Program-made: the position numbers and the translations under genes | The notes under the pieces: generated by a model | The model's database searches: none | The model's input: the letters and a program-made list of their open reading frames with translations, nothing else | Told to the model about the DNA's origin: nothing | Assembly: GCF_011386835.1 (NCBI RefSeq) | Contig: NC_088805.1 | Coordinates: forward strand, 19,468,001-19,532,000 | Length of the DNA: 64,000 nucleotides | Reading direction: 5' to 3' | From: Chrysemys picta bellii | Lineage: Eukaryota | In this document: positions 51,281-63,552 of the stretch, piece by piece | Layout: each line of letters begins with the position of its first letter | Position numbering within the stretch: position 1 is the stretch's first letter

Positions 51281-51488
51281 AAATAAAATAAAATTAATAA
51301 ATAAATTAATGGAGATATCCCATCTCCTAGAACGGACCTTGAAACGTCATTGAGTCCAGCCCCCTGCCTTCACTAGCAGGACCAAGTACTGATTTTGCCC
51401 CAGATCCCCAAGTGGCCCCCTCAAGGATTGAACTCACAACCCTGGGTTTAGCAGGCCAATGCTCAAACCACTGAGCTATCCCTCCCCC
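51281..51488 (-). mobile_element. tRNA-head / CR1-tail Pol III SINE (turtle type), near full length
   Basis: The minus strand reads GGGAGGGATAGCTCAGTGGTTTGAGC..GTTGTGAGTTCAATCCTTGAGG (A and B boxes), then a CR1-like 3' end (TGGACTCAATGAC..CAAGGTCCGTTCTAGGAGATGG) and an AT-rich tail. Confidence 0.9.
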
Positions 51489-51568
51489 CTATTCCCCAGC
51501 ATTAAGGATTATGACAAATAAATATGACTAAAGACAAATACCCCTATTCCCCAGCATTAAGGATTATG
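51486..51568 (+). repeat. Exact 28-bp direct duplication with a 27-bp spacer
   Basis: CCCCTATTCCCCAGCATTAAGGATTATG at 51486-51513 and 51541-51568. Confidence 0.95.
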
Positions 51569-53479
51569 TGCAGAATACACCATTAAGCAGTGTGTGAGGG
51601 ACCTGCCGCACAAAACTCAATAACTACGATGCTTTCTTGCTTCTCTAAGGAGCCTTACAAGGAAAGTGCCTTCTTCAGCTGAGAAGCTCCTACAGAGCAT
51701 GGGTCAAGGGCTCCTTCTTTTCAAAGTAGGGGCTGGATCCCAATGTATTAAGATCACTTGAAGCAGTGGCCTTCACACAGTCAGAGACAGGCAACGGAGA
51801 ACTTTTGCCGCACAGAATTCTCCACTGGTATGCAGCTGTGCAAAAGGGTCTGCTACCTCCAGCCCCAGCCACCCAATGTACGGAGAAGAAAGAGGCATGT
51901 CAGGGGCAGGGCCTGGGTGATACAGGAAAGGGTCTGGCACAACAGAGTTTCACTAGGCAGAAGTCTGCACAAACTTACACTGCCAGACCATACACTCATG
52001 GCATAAATTGGGGCTGCCCCCGTGCAGTTCTAACTTCTGCTTGGGCTTGGCAGTTCTGAATCAGGGAACCACAACCAGCTTCCTGCAGCTGCCACTCTCC
52101 ACGCCTCTCATGCACAGCTCAAAAGTGGCTGAGTGTCAGGGCTTAGGATTTCATTCAAGAGCAGTGCAGAGACAAACAAGACTGGTTCTCTGATGCAGCT
52201 GAGGATATGCTGGAAGCAGGTACTCGGTGGGATTTTCAAAAGTACCAAGGTGCCTGATTCCTATGGAAATCCATGCGAGATGCCTAGGTGCTTTGGAAAA
52301 CCCCATTAGGCACCTATCTGCAGCTTTAGGTGCCTAAATACCTGTAAAAATATGGCCCTTTATTCATATGCAAAGATATCCATTATGATGTTCCAATAGA
52401 AATAGCACGCAAAGTGAGCCGCTTGAATGTCTGAGCACCTCTCCTCCTGCTCAGAGGATGGTTATTGAATTTCCCAGAACATGTTCAGTTTACTGCACTG
52501 CAGTCTTCCTATATCCCACTGTCAATGCCAGCTGAACTCTGCTGCTGCTGCTGCTATCCTCTGGGGTCATGGTGCAAAGCCCGCTCAAGACAATGGAAAG
52601 CCTCCCATTGACGTCAGGGGGCTTTGGACCAGCCTGCTGGTGACCATGCCATTTAAAACATACATTTGTCTCAATATAGATCATCAAATAAGAGCCTGAA
52701 GGACAAGCAGGAACTAGTGCTCTCTTCTAACCCAGCCCGCAGCACAGCTCACATCACTGTCAAGCGCAGGTTTGTGTTGGTTTTCCAGCCTGGTGATATA
52801 TTTCTGTTGGACGTGAAAATACAAGAGCGCTCTCTTTGCAGCACTAATACTTGAACATTTTCAGTTCTCACACATCAAACCTAGTTAAGCCCCTCAACAA
52901 ACTAAAGTTCTGTGGTTTACCACAAGGAGCACTTGACAGGGTCGCTCCCGGACTGACACAACACTGCAGCGTTGTTGAGAGCACGTAGAACCTGGAGAGT
53001 GCAGACTGTTGTGCTCTTGCAGAGAGGCAAATAGCTCACGGCTTTCTCAGAATCCAAAGCACAGGCATTTAGCAGCATCACTTGATTCTTTTTTTTAAAA
53101 AATCCTTTGTGGAGATTCTCAGGAGAACAGAAATAAAACATTCAGAGCTTTTCTATTGCCTCTCCCTTTCATCCTGTTATGAGAAAGACAATATGTTTTA
53201 AAGGAAAGAGAGACTAGGTATACATGCAGACAGCGTCCTTTTCTGTTTGTATTAAACAGGAACTGATCAGATAACACTCAGGTGCACTTCTACTACCAAT
53301 ATTAAAATCAGAAGGACCCAAATTTTCTCCTGGTAAGAAAGTAAGAATTCATCCATGTCCCTATTTCTGAAATATATTCAGTTTACTGTCCCACATAATA
53401 CAAAAAGAAAAACATTGAAAGGCAGAAAATTTAAAACTAATAAAGAAAAAACTATCACACAATGCAAAATTAGCCCAGG

Positions 53480-54030
53480 GAACTTACAGCCACAATATAT
53501 CACTGAGTCAAAGAGTTTAGCAGGTGTCCAAAAAGGATTGGATGGATAACAAGGGCATCCAGAATTACAATAGCAAGGATTTTTAAACAAAACAAAAAAA
53601 ACACCAAGAGTTTTGGAAGGGACATAAACCCACCTGCTTCAGAGCACAAGCCAACCTGTATCTTCTGGACGGTTGTAAGAAACTTTCTGTGTGGGAAAAG
53701 ATCTCTCCCCATTCCCAATTAGTTTTATTTCCCCCTCAATGCCATGTGATAATAGCTACCCCTTCAGCCCGGTCATGCACAATCCTCCTTCACTCCCAGT
53801 GACTAACCCAGTTCTAGGGGCCTAAGACCTGCCTAACAGTTGCAGAATTCAAATTCAGGACAGGATCATAACTAATCTGAAACGTTGCCGTTACTAAATT
53901 ATCTCAATTTTGACTCAAGATTGGATGTTTTGCTAAAAGATCTGCTGTAGGAATAATCTTGGGGGAAGTTCTCTGACCTGTGTTACACAGGAGGTCAGAC
54001 TAGATTACCACCATGGTCCCTTCTGCCAAT
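53480..54030 (+). mobile_element. Degenerate CR1 3'-end fragments (two pieces)
   Basis: AGCAGGTGTCCAAAAAGGATTGGAT.. and GATTGGATGTTTTGCTAAAAG..GTTCTCTGACCTGTGTTACACAGGAGGTCAGACTAGATTACCACCATGGTCCCTTCTG resemble CR1 3' UTRs. Confidence 0.6.
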
Positions 54031-54314
54031 GAAAAAGGCCTTCAACTATGGCACCCTACCCAACTGTCCCCCAGGTTAGGCCATGCGTACTTGAGCAGGA
54101 ATAGTTAGGGGCCGTGCCAGGGGAATAAAAGGAAGAAGGGGTTTGAGGCAGAACGCCGTAAAAATGTGGGGGAGAAGGAAAACACCACTCCCCTACGCAA
54201 TTCTACTATAGCACCTGAAGACATAGAACACTATCAGATACTAAGCATGCTGCTTCCATGGTATCTAGCACGCCACAATCCTGAAAGCTGAAGGAGCTTC
54301 AAAGACAATTACAA

Positions 54315-54473
54315 GTATCGGAGGGGTAGCCATGTTAGTCTGGATCCACAAAAACAACAAGGAGTCGGGTGGCACCTTAAAGACTAACATTTATTTGGGC
54401 ATAAGCTTTCATGGATAAAAAACACTTCTTCAGATGCAAAGCTTATGCCCAAATAAATCTGTTAGTCTTAAAG
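54315..54473. mobile_element. Penelope-like terminal fragment with inverted partial copy
   Basis: GTAGCCATGTTAGTCTGGATCC..GGCACCTTAAAGACTAAC-ATTTATTTGGGCATAAGCTTT followed by its inversion AAAGCTTATGCCCAAATAAATCTGTTAGTCTT. The Penelope assignment is from recalled reptile repeat termini, not a search. Confidence 0.65.
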
Positions 54474-56427
54474 ACAGTTACTCTTATTTAATTTTATTTT
54501 AAAAAAAGAGTTCTAATCAGAAGGTGATTGCAACCAGGTTACTGGGTCAACAAGTGTAACTTCTACTGAGCAGCAATTTCACTCTAGGCTGAGCACTGCA
54601 AAAGTGCTACTTGCTGAAGAATGGATCCAGTCAGTGGTTCAGCAACTTCACTGCCATGAATGCCAGAAGGAGGAAGGGCAACTAATCCACTTGATCATCA
54701 TCAACTCCTAGGCTTGGGGTATAGGGTGGAGTGGAGAAAAGCATTGCTAACCTTTCTGAAATGGGTAACTAAATCATGGAAGTCATCTAAGTACACAGAG
54801 GTACCAGGCTTTATCTGCAACAAGGGCTCGGGGTACTGAACAAGATGCCAGGGTTATGCAGAAATGTGTGGGGTCTGAGATACAATAAGTTATCTTCGTG
54901 TTTGGGAATCAAAGACAGTATGTGCAATGAAAAACTTTCCAGCAAACTTAGGTACAGTGTGAGGAAAGGATAGTCATAAAAAGTTCTGAAACCAGGTGCT
55001 TTGAGCTAATGGCCTCCATTATTAAGACTTCAAGAGGCAAACATAAAATAAAAATATCCATTTGAAAATAAATTTCTTGCTACAGATGAAAGGGCCCCAA
55101 GATGCAATTTCTCTCTACATTCCCATATCTTCTTCACAAAGTTTTATTTTTATGTCATGCATTGCTGTGTGTGAAACCCCATTAACGTGTTTTTACTGTT
55201 ATAAATGGCACCTGAATTTAATATTGAAATGAACTGTTTTATCTTAGCTGAAACCAAGGGAAATGCTTATTAACTGTGATTTGGGGTGGAATAAAACCAA
55301 GCAAGATCTGGATTCACCTAAACTTTGTATCTTCAATGGCCCAAGGACAAGGTTCCTCCAGCCAAGCTCCCATCTCTACAAGGGCTCCTCAAATCCTTTT
55401 GCACCCTGGAGCCCTTGATCTTCCAGCTAAGCCCGTTCCTCTCCCAAAGTCTTCATCTCATTTCCTTGGTATGACAATTCTAAATTTCCCCAGCCCAATC
55501 CATCTCAGCCTCCCCCATTCTGACTGGTCTTTCCTCTCACAGAATCCAGCCAGGGCACACTGAATCTTCCTTTTGCTCTGACTCAGGATCGAATCTGGGC
55601 TTCCTCCTACCCATGGGACTCAGTGCTTGGAATTCAGCCTGAATCCTCTGACTGCCCAGCAATTATACAGATGGGATGGAGCAGGTGAGGAGACTAAAGG
55701 GGGTAGCAGTGGGTACACATTTTCCAAACACCCTTACAAATGCAAAGTTTCCCACTGAAGTTTTGGGTGTCCCTCTTAAAGTAAGTGGATGTTTTGCTTG
55801 TATAATGGAATTGCAAGAACAGGCCCTTAAAAGAACTGTTCCATTAATATGCGTATGAGTGAGAGAGACAAAGACAGAGAGAACAGAACGGCGGGCATGT
55901 GTGTCCCCCCTCCCCACTCCTCCCTGCTCCTCATGAAGAAGTCAGGAGCAGTGGGGAAGGGGTAGTAATGTTACTGTCTCCATAAGTCTACCTGATGGAG
56001 GCTGGCAGGCTAGAATTCTATTTCAGGAAGGGGGAAAAAAGTTCACTGGCAAGTTTTCAGCAGTAAATATGATTCAGAAACAGAAATTTGATTAAAACTG
56101 TTTGCTTTCTGTCCAAATCTGGTTGGAGACAATGAATGGTGCTCTTCGTTATCCATCAATCTTCCCCACTTGTCCATTTTCCAGATGGCACTGCACTTCA
56201 TAAGATGAGAAACAATAAGCAAAGAGTCAGTTGTGTAGCAAATCTGATCACAGAGGGAGAGTAAAGATGGGGAGGGAAAGAATATTAATTTAGTGTTCAT
56301 ACAAGTTTTTTTATTTCAGTAAACCCTACAACACTGATGTTTCAGCTATATTTCTGGAAGGATTTTTCCTCTTAGTTTTTGTCTTGTTTTTTTCTGAAAA
56401 GATTTCAATGGGTTGCCATACCCTTAA

Positions 56428-56590
56428 TATTTGCATTTCTTTTATGGTGGTGCCTAGAGGCCACAACCGAGATCAAGATCCTATTTCCTTAGATACTGTA
56501 AAAACACACACACAGGAAGAGATATTCCCTGCCCAACAAGTTTACAATTTAAATAGACCAGACAGACATAGGGTGGGAGGAAAGGAGGAA
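56428..56590 (+). mobile_element. L2 3'-end-like fragment
   Basis: GTGCCTAGAGGCC..GATCAAGATCCTATT..CCCTGCCCAACAAGTTTACAATTTAAATAGAC..GGGTGGGAG. Confidence 0.5.
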
Positions 56591-58139
56591 TTAACAAGCC
56601 AAGGTGCAAGGAATGTAAATCGCCCCCTCTCCCCCAATTCTCAGCTCAGCTCTGCAGAGATTTCCCAGAAAAAGAAACCGGGCTCCAGGCGTAGTTTGCT
56701 GAGAGGACTGTTAAAACAACATCTTTTGTGTATTAACAGAGAGAATTCAACGTGTAAATCAGTGAGACACAGACATGGAGCCCTATGGTGCCATTTTTAC
56801 AGAGTCACACTTCAGAGTATATCTGCACTTTAAGATTTGATAATGTGCCTAACAGCCTCTGTTGGTATTGTGCCAACAGCATATGTTGGAAGCTGATATG
56901 GATGTAAATACCAGCAACAATATATATATTAAAAGTAGCGAGAGAATAACAGGGCAGGGGAAACAAGGACCCTTGGGTAGGAAATAGAGCTTGGATAAAT
57001 GTCTACAAGAAAATTTAACCACAAATTTTAGTCAGATTCATTTTCATTCATTGCCAGGTCCTTAAGAGGTGTTCCATGATGAGTACATGACGAGATATAA
57101 AGACCATACAGACACAAAAGAAAGTTAATTTGCCCAAGTGTCAGAGCCAAGACTGGAATCTAAGACTCTCACCTCTCTCCTCTAACCACGATATACACCC
57201 TGTCGCCAGAAGCTCTAGAAGGAAAAAGGGGCAAAAAGAAAAAAGTGCTGCCACAGAGAGCTTAATTTGCTTAAGTGACCTACCAACAATTTCTCTTGTG
57301 ACTATTATTGTTATGGTGACTCCCCAAATTGGATTTGGGGGCAGGAGTGGGGTGGTGGGTTCTCAGAGAAAGGCTCTTACTTCGTGGCAGAGTTCATCTC
57401 CAATCTGCCAGGACTCAGCTCAACAGTCCTAAGTATTCTTGGTTCCCCTCCCATAGGAACTCTGTGAGGCCCTGCCCACTGAACACCTCAATAAAGCTGA
57501 ATCACTAAAGCTAGGTTAGGTGACGGTGCCTTCAGGCAGGACCAGGCAAGCAAGCAGTTTCCTGGGACAGGAGACAGAGCTGTAAAGAGACACTTGCACT
57601 ACTGCTACTCCCTGATCCAAACCACGAGTGGTATCTAATGCATGAGCAAAGTCATACTGCCATGGGATTACCTGTGAGACATTCTTGTATCTGGATGGGA
57701 AGGGATTTACTGGAAAGAAGGGTGTTTTACTCTTTATTTACATACATAGTTCATTGATGGGTTTTCCCAAGTTTATGACTATGCTCCCTTTCCCCCAGTA
57801 AAGATTTCCTTGATTGTACAGTTTTGGAGCACTTGTGAGTGGGGAAGTCCTGCCTGTTAAGGGCACCTAGGGAGGATGCACTTAGTTTTCCCAAGTTTCT
57901 CTTCGGGGGGGGGGGGGGGGGGAGGTCAGGCCAGCTTAGTTATTTGTCAGGAGAGACCCTAGATATATTAAACCCAACCCTTGCTGCTTCCATAGCCACC
58001 TGGCACAAGGGTTACAACATGACGATGCTGTCCCTCAAACTGAAAATGAATTCTGAATAAGCCTGGGATAAATATATGCTTCTGGGTGTAAGCCAGGCAA
58101 AACTCAATGGCTTCACAGGAAGGAGGAAAGATTCAATCA

Positions 58140-58300
58140 ACCCAGCACTGGACTGGGACTTAGGACACCTAGGTTCTATTCCTGGCTCTGTCCTTCCCCT
58201 CTCTGTACCTCAGTTTCCCTAATTGTAAAATGGGGACAATGATATAATGACCTCCTTTGTAAAGTGCTTTGAGATCTATTGACAGGAAAGGCTAGTTATT
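58140..58300 (+). mobile_element. MIR-like CORE-SINE
   Basis: GCACTGGACTGGGAC..GGTTCTATTCCTGGCTCTG..CCTCAGTTTCCC..GTAAAATGGGGA..TTTGTAAAGTGCTTTGAGATC. Confidence 0.8.
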
Positions 58301-58914
58301 GTGTCTTCAAAAACTGTCCATTTGCAATAGGTCTGCTGCAAGGTGTGGTAGGAATGGTCAAAAATTAAGTGATTTAATGGATTTTCTTTCTCCCACTCTC
58401 CCCCCTCCAAAAAAATATTTCAACCTGATTTCTCTGAAATCTGTCCTAGAATCAATAGCACTACTTTTTCTGCATAGTTACAGGCCGCCACATGTATCTG
58501 TGCTTCATCTGACACCTTTTGACCAAGTAAAAAGTCAGCTGGGGAAAACAAAAACAACAAACAATGAAACCACCAGACACCCTAGCCACCCCTCAAAATG
58601 ATTAAGAAAAATTAGTGGTCTCAGGGAAACCTTCCTAAAATGCTACACGTAGCCTCAGAGCCTCCTGCTGTTGAATCTAATCCAATACTATACAATTTCA
58701 TGACATTAAAAAACAAATGGAAGTGAAAACCAAAAAGTCAGAGAAAACTGGCAATCCCTGAAGTGAAAAATAGACTAAGTTAGGATAAGGCTAACTGCTT
58801 GTTTTCAGAGTAACTGAATCTTCTAGTACAGTTGTGCATTTTAAAATGCACAGCAAGAAGGAGCTTTGAGGTATTATCTATTGGACACAAAGGATCTACC
58901 GCGAGCTACATTAC

Positions 58915-58969
58915 CTTTTGTTCTTTTGCCCTGAGTTGTAAAATCAACATAGGTCAGGTCTGACAACAG
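58915..58969 (-). other. Candidate coding exon (55 nt; LLSDLTYVDFTTQGKRTK), gene not recognised
   Basis: Acceptor CTCCCTTTCCCTTTCTGCAG, donor AAG|GTAATG, exactly one open frame. Confidence 0.3.
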
Positions 58970-59119
58970 CTGCAGAAAGGGAAAGGGAGCAGGCAGCATA
59001 TCCTTTTGATTTAAAGGCTTTATGCTTTATTGTATCTTTTCTACTGGGTCAAAATAAACTGGTTTGACATAATACACTCCACACCTTAAATGCCAAGATC
59101 ACCACTGTGCTATCAGATA

Positions 59120-59244
59120 TTATTTAGTTATATCAGGTACTGCCTAGAGGCCACCCAAAATCAGGGCTTCATTGCATATAGTAGGAGATAGTCATGTGTC
59201 TGAAGAGTTTATAACCAAAACAGACAAAGGGTGGGAGAGAGAAA
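59120..59244 (+). mobile_element. L2 3'-end-like fragment abutting an inverted MIR
   Basis: GCCTAGAGGCCACC..ATCAGGGCTTCATTG..GAAGAGTTTATAACCAAAACAGACAAAGGGTGGGAG, similar to the 56428 copy. Confidence 0.45.
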
Positions 59245-59400
59245 GTAACATTATCCCCAATTTACAGCTAGGTAATTGAGGCACTGAGAGACTAAGCAAT
59301 TTCCCCAAAATCACTTGTAAAATGGCAGAGCTGGGAATTGAATCCAGATCTGTGCCCCAGCCCAACATTTTCGCTGCATCCTTCCACTCAGGTAACTAGC
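59245..59400 (-). mobile_element. MIR-like CORE-SINE
   Basis: TTATCCCCAATTTACAG..AATTGAGGCAC..GGCAGAGCTGGGAATTGAATCCAG. Confidence 0.7.
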
Positions 59401-61231
59401 CTAAAAGTACAGACAGCTCTCTGAATACTGCTGATCTTCAGCTTCCCAGAGATACCACTTCTGCCTTCACATTAACAAGGCATTAGTCTTCCTTAGATTT
59501 TCATATTAGTGTCAAGCAAAGGGGGAAACATTTTTTTACACTACTTATTTTTAATTAGCTCTGTACCCATTGCAGTTTCTCAGAGAGACACAAGGTTTTA
59601 TAACAAGGAGCTTTGTAAATTATGCACCTTTTAGGGAGAAAGTGAACCTGTGAGGCTTTTTAAAAAGTCAGCTAAGATCTGATGTTTTGCATACTGGAAA
59701 TGCTGGAGAGAGGTTTCAGTGGGATTTTCCCCCGCTCCCCCCTCCAGAGAATGAAAAGGAAAGACTCAGACAGCGACAAAACGGGAAAGAAGAAAGGGAA
59801 AGAGTCTGTATCAGATTGTCAATCTGCCAATAAATCCCAGAGCTCTCCTAATACCTTCAGTTCCCCAACATCTCAAACTGTTTAAAAACACTGATGTAGA
59901 CTCTGAAGAATTCAAGGAGATGGAAGCTAAGCCAAAGGACTTTGTGCTTAGCTGCTATGGGAGGCGTGAGGGGGTAGGAAACGAAAACTCTCAGCCATAA
60001 GGATTTAATAGATTTCAGCACCAAAGTGCCTCCAATTTATTACGGTGCTTCTATAATTTATGGATTTGCACTTTAAACCAATACCAAGACTGTTGTGTGA
60101 ATGTATGTCTATGGGAGACTTTAGGGTAATTTAGGATAGGAAAGGAAGAATACCTCATCTAATATTCATTGTTGCACAAAAGACAAGCTCAAAGGCCAAT
60201 ACCTCATGACCCTGTTGAGTTAGGGGAATGAGCACTTCATACGTTGGAAGAGGTAGGAACTCCTTTTTCGATGGAACACCACACTTCACATGCTTCTATT
60301 CCCAGAAGTTCATAAAGTACTGGACTTCAGAGTCATGGGTGACCCTAGTTCCATTAAAGTCAAGGGAAGTTTTGACATGGATTTCCATGGGGCCGGCATT
60401 TCGCCCATAAGGTTTTTATATACAGAAAAGCTATTTGTTCCCAGAGGCCCCATGAGGTCAGGACAACATTGTGCAAGAATATTTCTAGATTTTTTTCCCC
60501 TTTAACCATGTATTTCTCTCCCCCTCTGGGATTGGGCAGCTGGCCTCATGGTGAATAGGGCACCTGGCTTTGGCAAGTGGAAGGAATAATAGTCATCAAT
60601 AATATTTTAAAATTCCCTAAATGCTTAAAAGTAATGCGTCCAAATTCATGTTTAAAAATACTTTAAAAGAAAGGCATTTTAGTTCCATAGCAATAATAAT
60701 AATGGAATCTGGCCTCCACAAACCAACCTGTAATAAAACTGAATTAACAACTTCCTCCCCCCACTAACAGATTTGGCAAACACTCCTTAGTACTGATTTT
60801 TATTTTTTAAAGAGGGTGTTTGTTAAACTGGATTAAAGATGGCTGGAAAGGTAGCCTGCATTTCCCATTTCAATTGCCTCCAAAGTATCTCTCAGCATTT
60901 CTTTGTGTATATTAAGTAAGCTACTCATCATTTTGGTTTGCCATTGTTCAGTCATTTCATTTAGGAAGTCTCTCTGGATACTGCTTTTTCTTTTAATGTA
61001 CAAAGAAAACATTCAGACTCTTATACTGCGATGGTCACAGACTATCTGCTTAGGGCACAGCAGAGGGCTCACACTACAGGGCCTTTATTTAAGTGAAGTA
61101 TTTCAGGAGTTGATCATTCCATGAGCATGCCACAGTTACACTTTATGCTGCTCTAACTTTTTGGGCACTCAAGCAGTCAAACGCTCCAAGCAGGAAAGGC
61201 GACAGAGTTGATTAACCAGCTTAATGATCTG

Positions 61232-63552
61232 CATAAGAACATAAGAATGGCCATACTGGGTCAAACCAAAGGTCCATCCAGTCCAGTATCCTGTCTACCG
61301 ACAGTGGCCAATGCCAGATGCCCCAGAGGGAGTGAACCTAACAGGTAATGATCAAGTGATCTCTCTCCTGCCATCCATCTCCACCCTCTGACAAACAGAG
61401 GATTGGGACACCATTCCTTACCCATCCTGGCTTATAGCCATTAATGGACTTAACCTCCATGAATTTATCTAGTTCTTTTCTAAACCCTGTTATAGTCCGA
61501 GCCTTCACAACCTCTTCAGGCAAGAAATTCCACAGGTTGACTGTGCACTATGTGAAGAAGAACTTCCTTTTATTTGTTTTAAACCTGCTGCCCATTAATT
61601 TCATTTGATGGTCCCTAGTTCTTATATTATGGGAACAACAACTTTTCCTTATTCCCTTTCTCCACACCACTCATGATTTTATATACCTCTATCATATCCC
61701 CCCTTAGACTCCAAGCTGAAAAGTCCTAGCCTCTTTAATCTCTCCTCATATGGGACCCGTTCCAAACCCCTAATCATTTTAGTTGCCCTTCTCTGAACCT
61801 TTTCTAATGCCAGTAAAGCTTTTTTGAGATGAGGAAACCACATCTGTACGCAGCATTCAAGATGTGGGCGTACCATGGATTTATATAACGGCAATGAGAT
61901 ATTCTCCGTCTTATTCTCTATCCCTTTTTAAATGATTCCTAACATCCTTTTTGCTTTTTGGACTGCCGCTGCACACTTCGTGGACATCTTCAAAGAACTA
62001 TCCATGATGACTCCAAGGTCTCTTTCCTGATTAGTTGTAGCTAAATTAGCCCCCCCATCATATTGTATGTATAGTTGGGGTTATTTTTTCCAATGTGCAT
62101 TACTTTACATTTATGCACATTAAATTTCATTTGCCATTTTGTTGCCCAATCACTTAGTTTTGTGAGATCTTTTTGAAGTTCTTCACAGTCTGCTTTGGTC
62201 TTAACTATCTTGAGCAGTTTAGTATCATCTGCAAACTTTGCCACCTCACTGTTTATCCCTTTCTCCAGATCATTTATGAATAAGTTGAATAGGATTAGTC
62301 CTAGGACTGACCTTTGAGGAACACAACTAGTTACCCTTCTCCATTCTGAAAATTTACCATTTATTCCTACCCTTTGTTCCCGGTCTTTTAACCAGTTCTC
62401 AATCCATGAAAGGATCTTCCCTCTTATCCCATGACAACTTAATTTACGTAAGAGCCTTTGGTGAGGGACCTTGTCAGAGGCTTTCTGGAAATCTAAGTAC
62501 GCTATGTCCATTGGATCCCCCTTGTCCACATGTTTGTTGACCCCTTCAAAGAACTCTAATAGATTAGTAAGACATGATTTCCCTTTACAGAAACCATGTT
62601 GACTTTTGCCCAACAATTTATGTTCTTCTACGTATCTGACAATTTTATTCTTTACTATTGTTTCAACTAATTTGCCCGATACTGACTTTAGACTTACTGG
62701 TCTGTAATTGCCGGGATCGCCTCTAGAGCCCTTTTTAAATATTGGCGTTACATTAGCTATCTTCCAGTCATTGGGTACAGAAGCTGATTTAAAGGACAGG
62801 TTACAAACCATAGTTAATAGTTCCGCAATTTCACATTTGAGTTCTTTCAGAACTCTTGGGTGAATGCCATCTGGTCCCAGTGACTTGTTACTGTTAAGTT
62901 TATCAATTCCAAAATCTCCTCTAGTGACACTTCAATGTGTGACAATTCCTCATATTTGTCACCTACAAAGGACGGCTCAGGTTTGGGAATCTCCCTAACA
63001 TCCTCAGCTGTGAAGACTGAAGCAAAGAATTCATTTAGTTTCTCCGCAATGACTTTATCATCTTTAAGTGCTCCTTTTGTATCTCAATTGTCTAGGGGCC
63101 CCACTGGTTGTTTAGCAGGCTTCCTGCTTCTGATGTACTTAAAAAACGTTTTGTTATTACCTTTTGAGTTTTTGGCTAGTAGTTCTTCAACTCCTTTTTG
63201 GCTTTTCATATTACATTTTTACACTTAATTTGGCACTGTTTATGCTTTCTATTTACCTCACTAGGATTTGACTTCCACTTTTTAAAAGATGCCTTTTTAT
63301 CTTGCACTGCTTCTTTTACATGGTTGTTAAGCCACGGTGACTTTTTTTTTTTTTACTTCTTTTACTGTGTTTTTTTTTAATTTAGGATATACATTTAAGT
63401 TGGGCCTCTATTATGGTCTCTTTGAAAAGTGTCCATGCAGCTTGCAGGAATTTCACTCTAGTCACTGTACTTTTTAATTTCTGTTTAACTAACCTCCCCA
63501 TTTTTGCATAGTTCCCCTTTCTGAAATTAAATGCCACAGTGTTGGGCTGTTC
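61232..63552 (-). mobile_element. CR1 LINE, 5'-truncated (~2.3 kb), with 3' UTR and tail
   Basis: Plus strand starts CATAAGAACATAAGAATGG, the reverse complement of the CR1 3' TTCTTATG-type repeat. Minus-strand ORF fragments carry CR1 ORF2 motifs: FNFRKGNY..WTLFKETI (63382-63624), PGNYRPVSL, QHGFCKGKSCLTNLLEFFE, YLDFQKASDKVPH, FADDTKL (62041-62811), and YKSMVRPHLECCVQMW..LEKVQRRATKMI (61679-61894). The fragments are separated by frameshifts. Confidence 0.97.
62041..62811 (-). pseudogene. CR1 ORF2 reverse-transcriptase domain fragment (256 aa open stretch of a disrupted ORF)
   Basis: Non-LTR RT motifs NYRPVSL, QHGF..GKSCLTNL, LDFQKA.DKVPH, VPQ.SVLG and catalytic FADD. The reading frame is broken on both sides. 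Confidence 0.93.

Noticed and set aside
45218-51535. Exact 14-mer ATATGACTAAAGAC shared between 45218 and 51522
   Set aside because: Several 14-mer coincidences are expected by chance in 64 kb of AT-rich DNA, and the match does not extend.
51486-51568. CRISPR-like repeat-spacer-repeat
   Set aside because: Only two repeats, vertebrate context, no cas genes. It is a local duplication.
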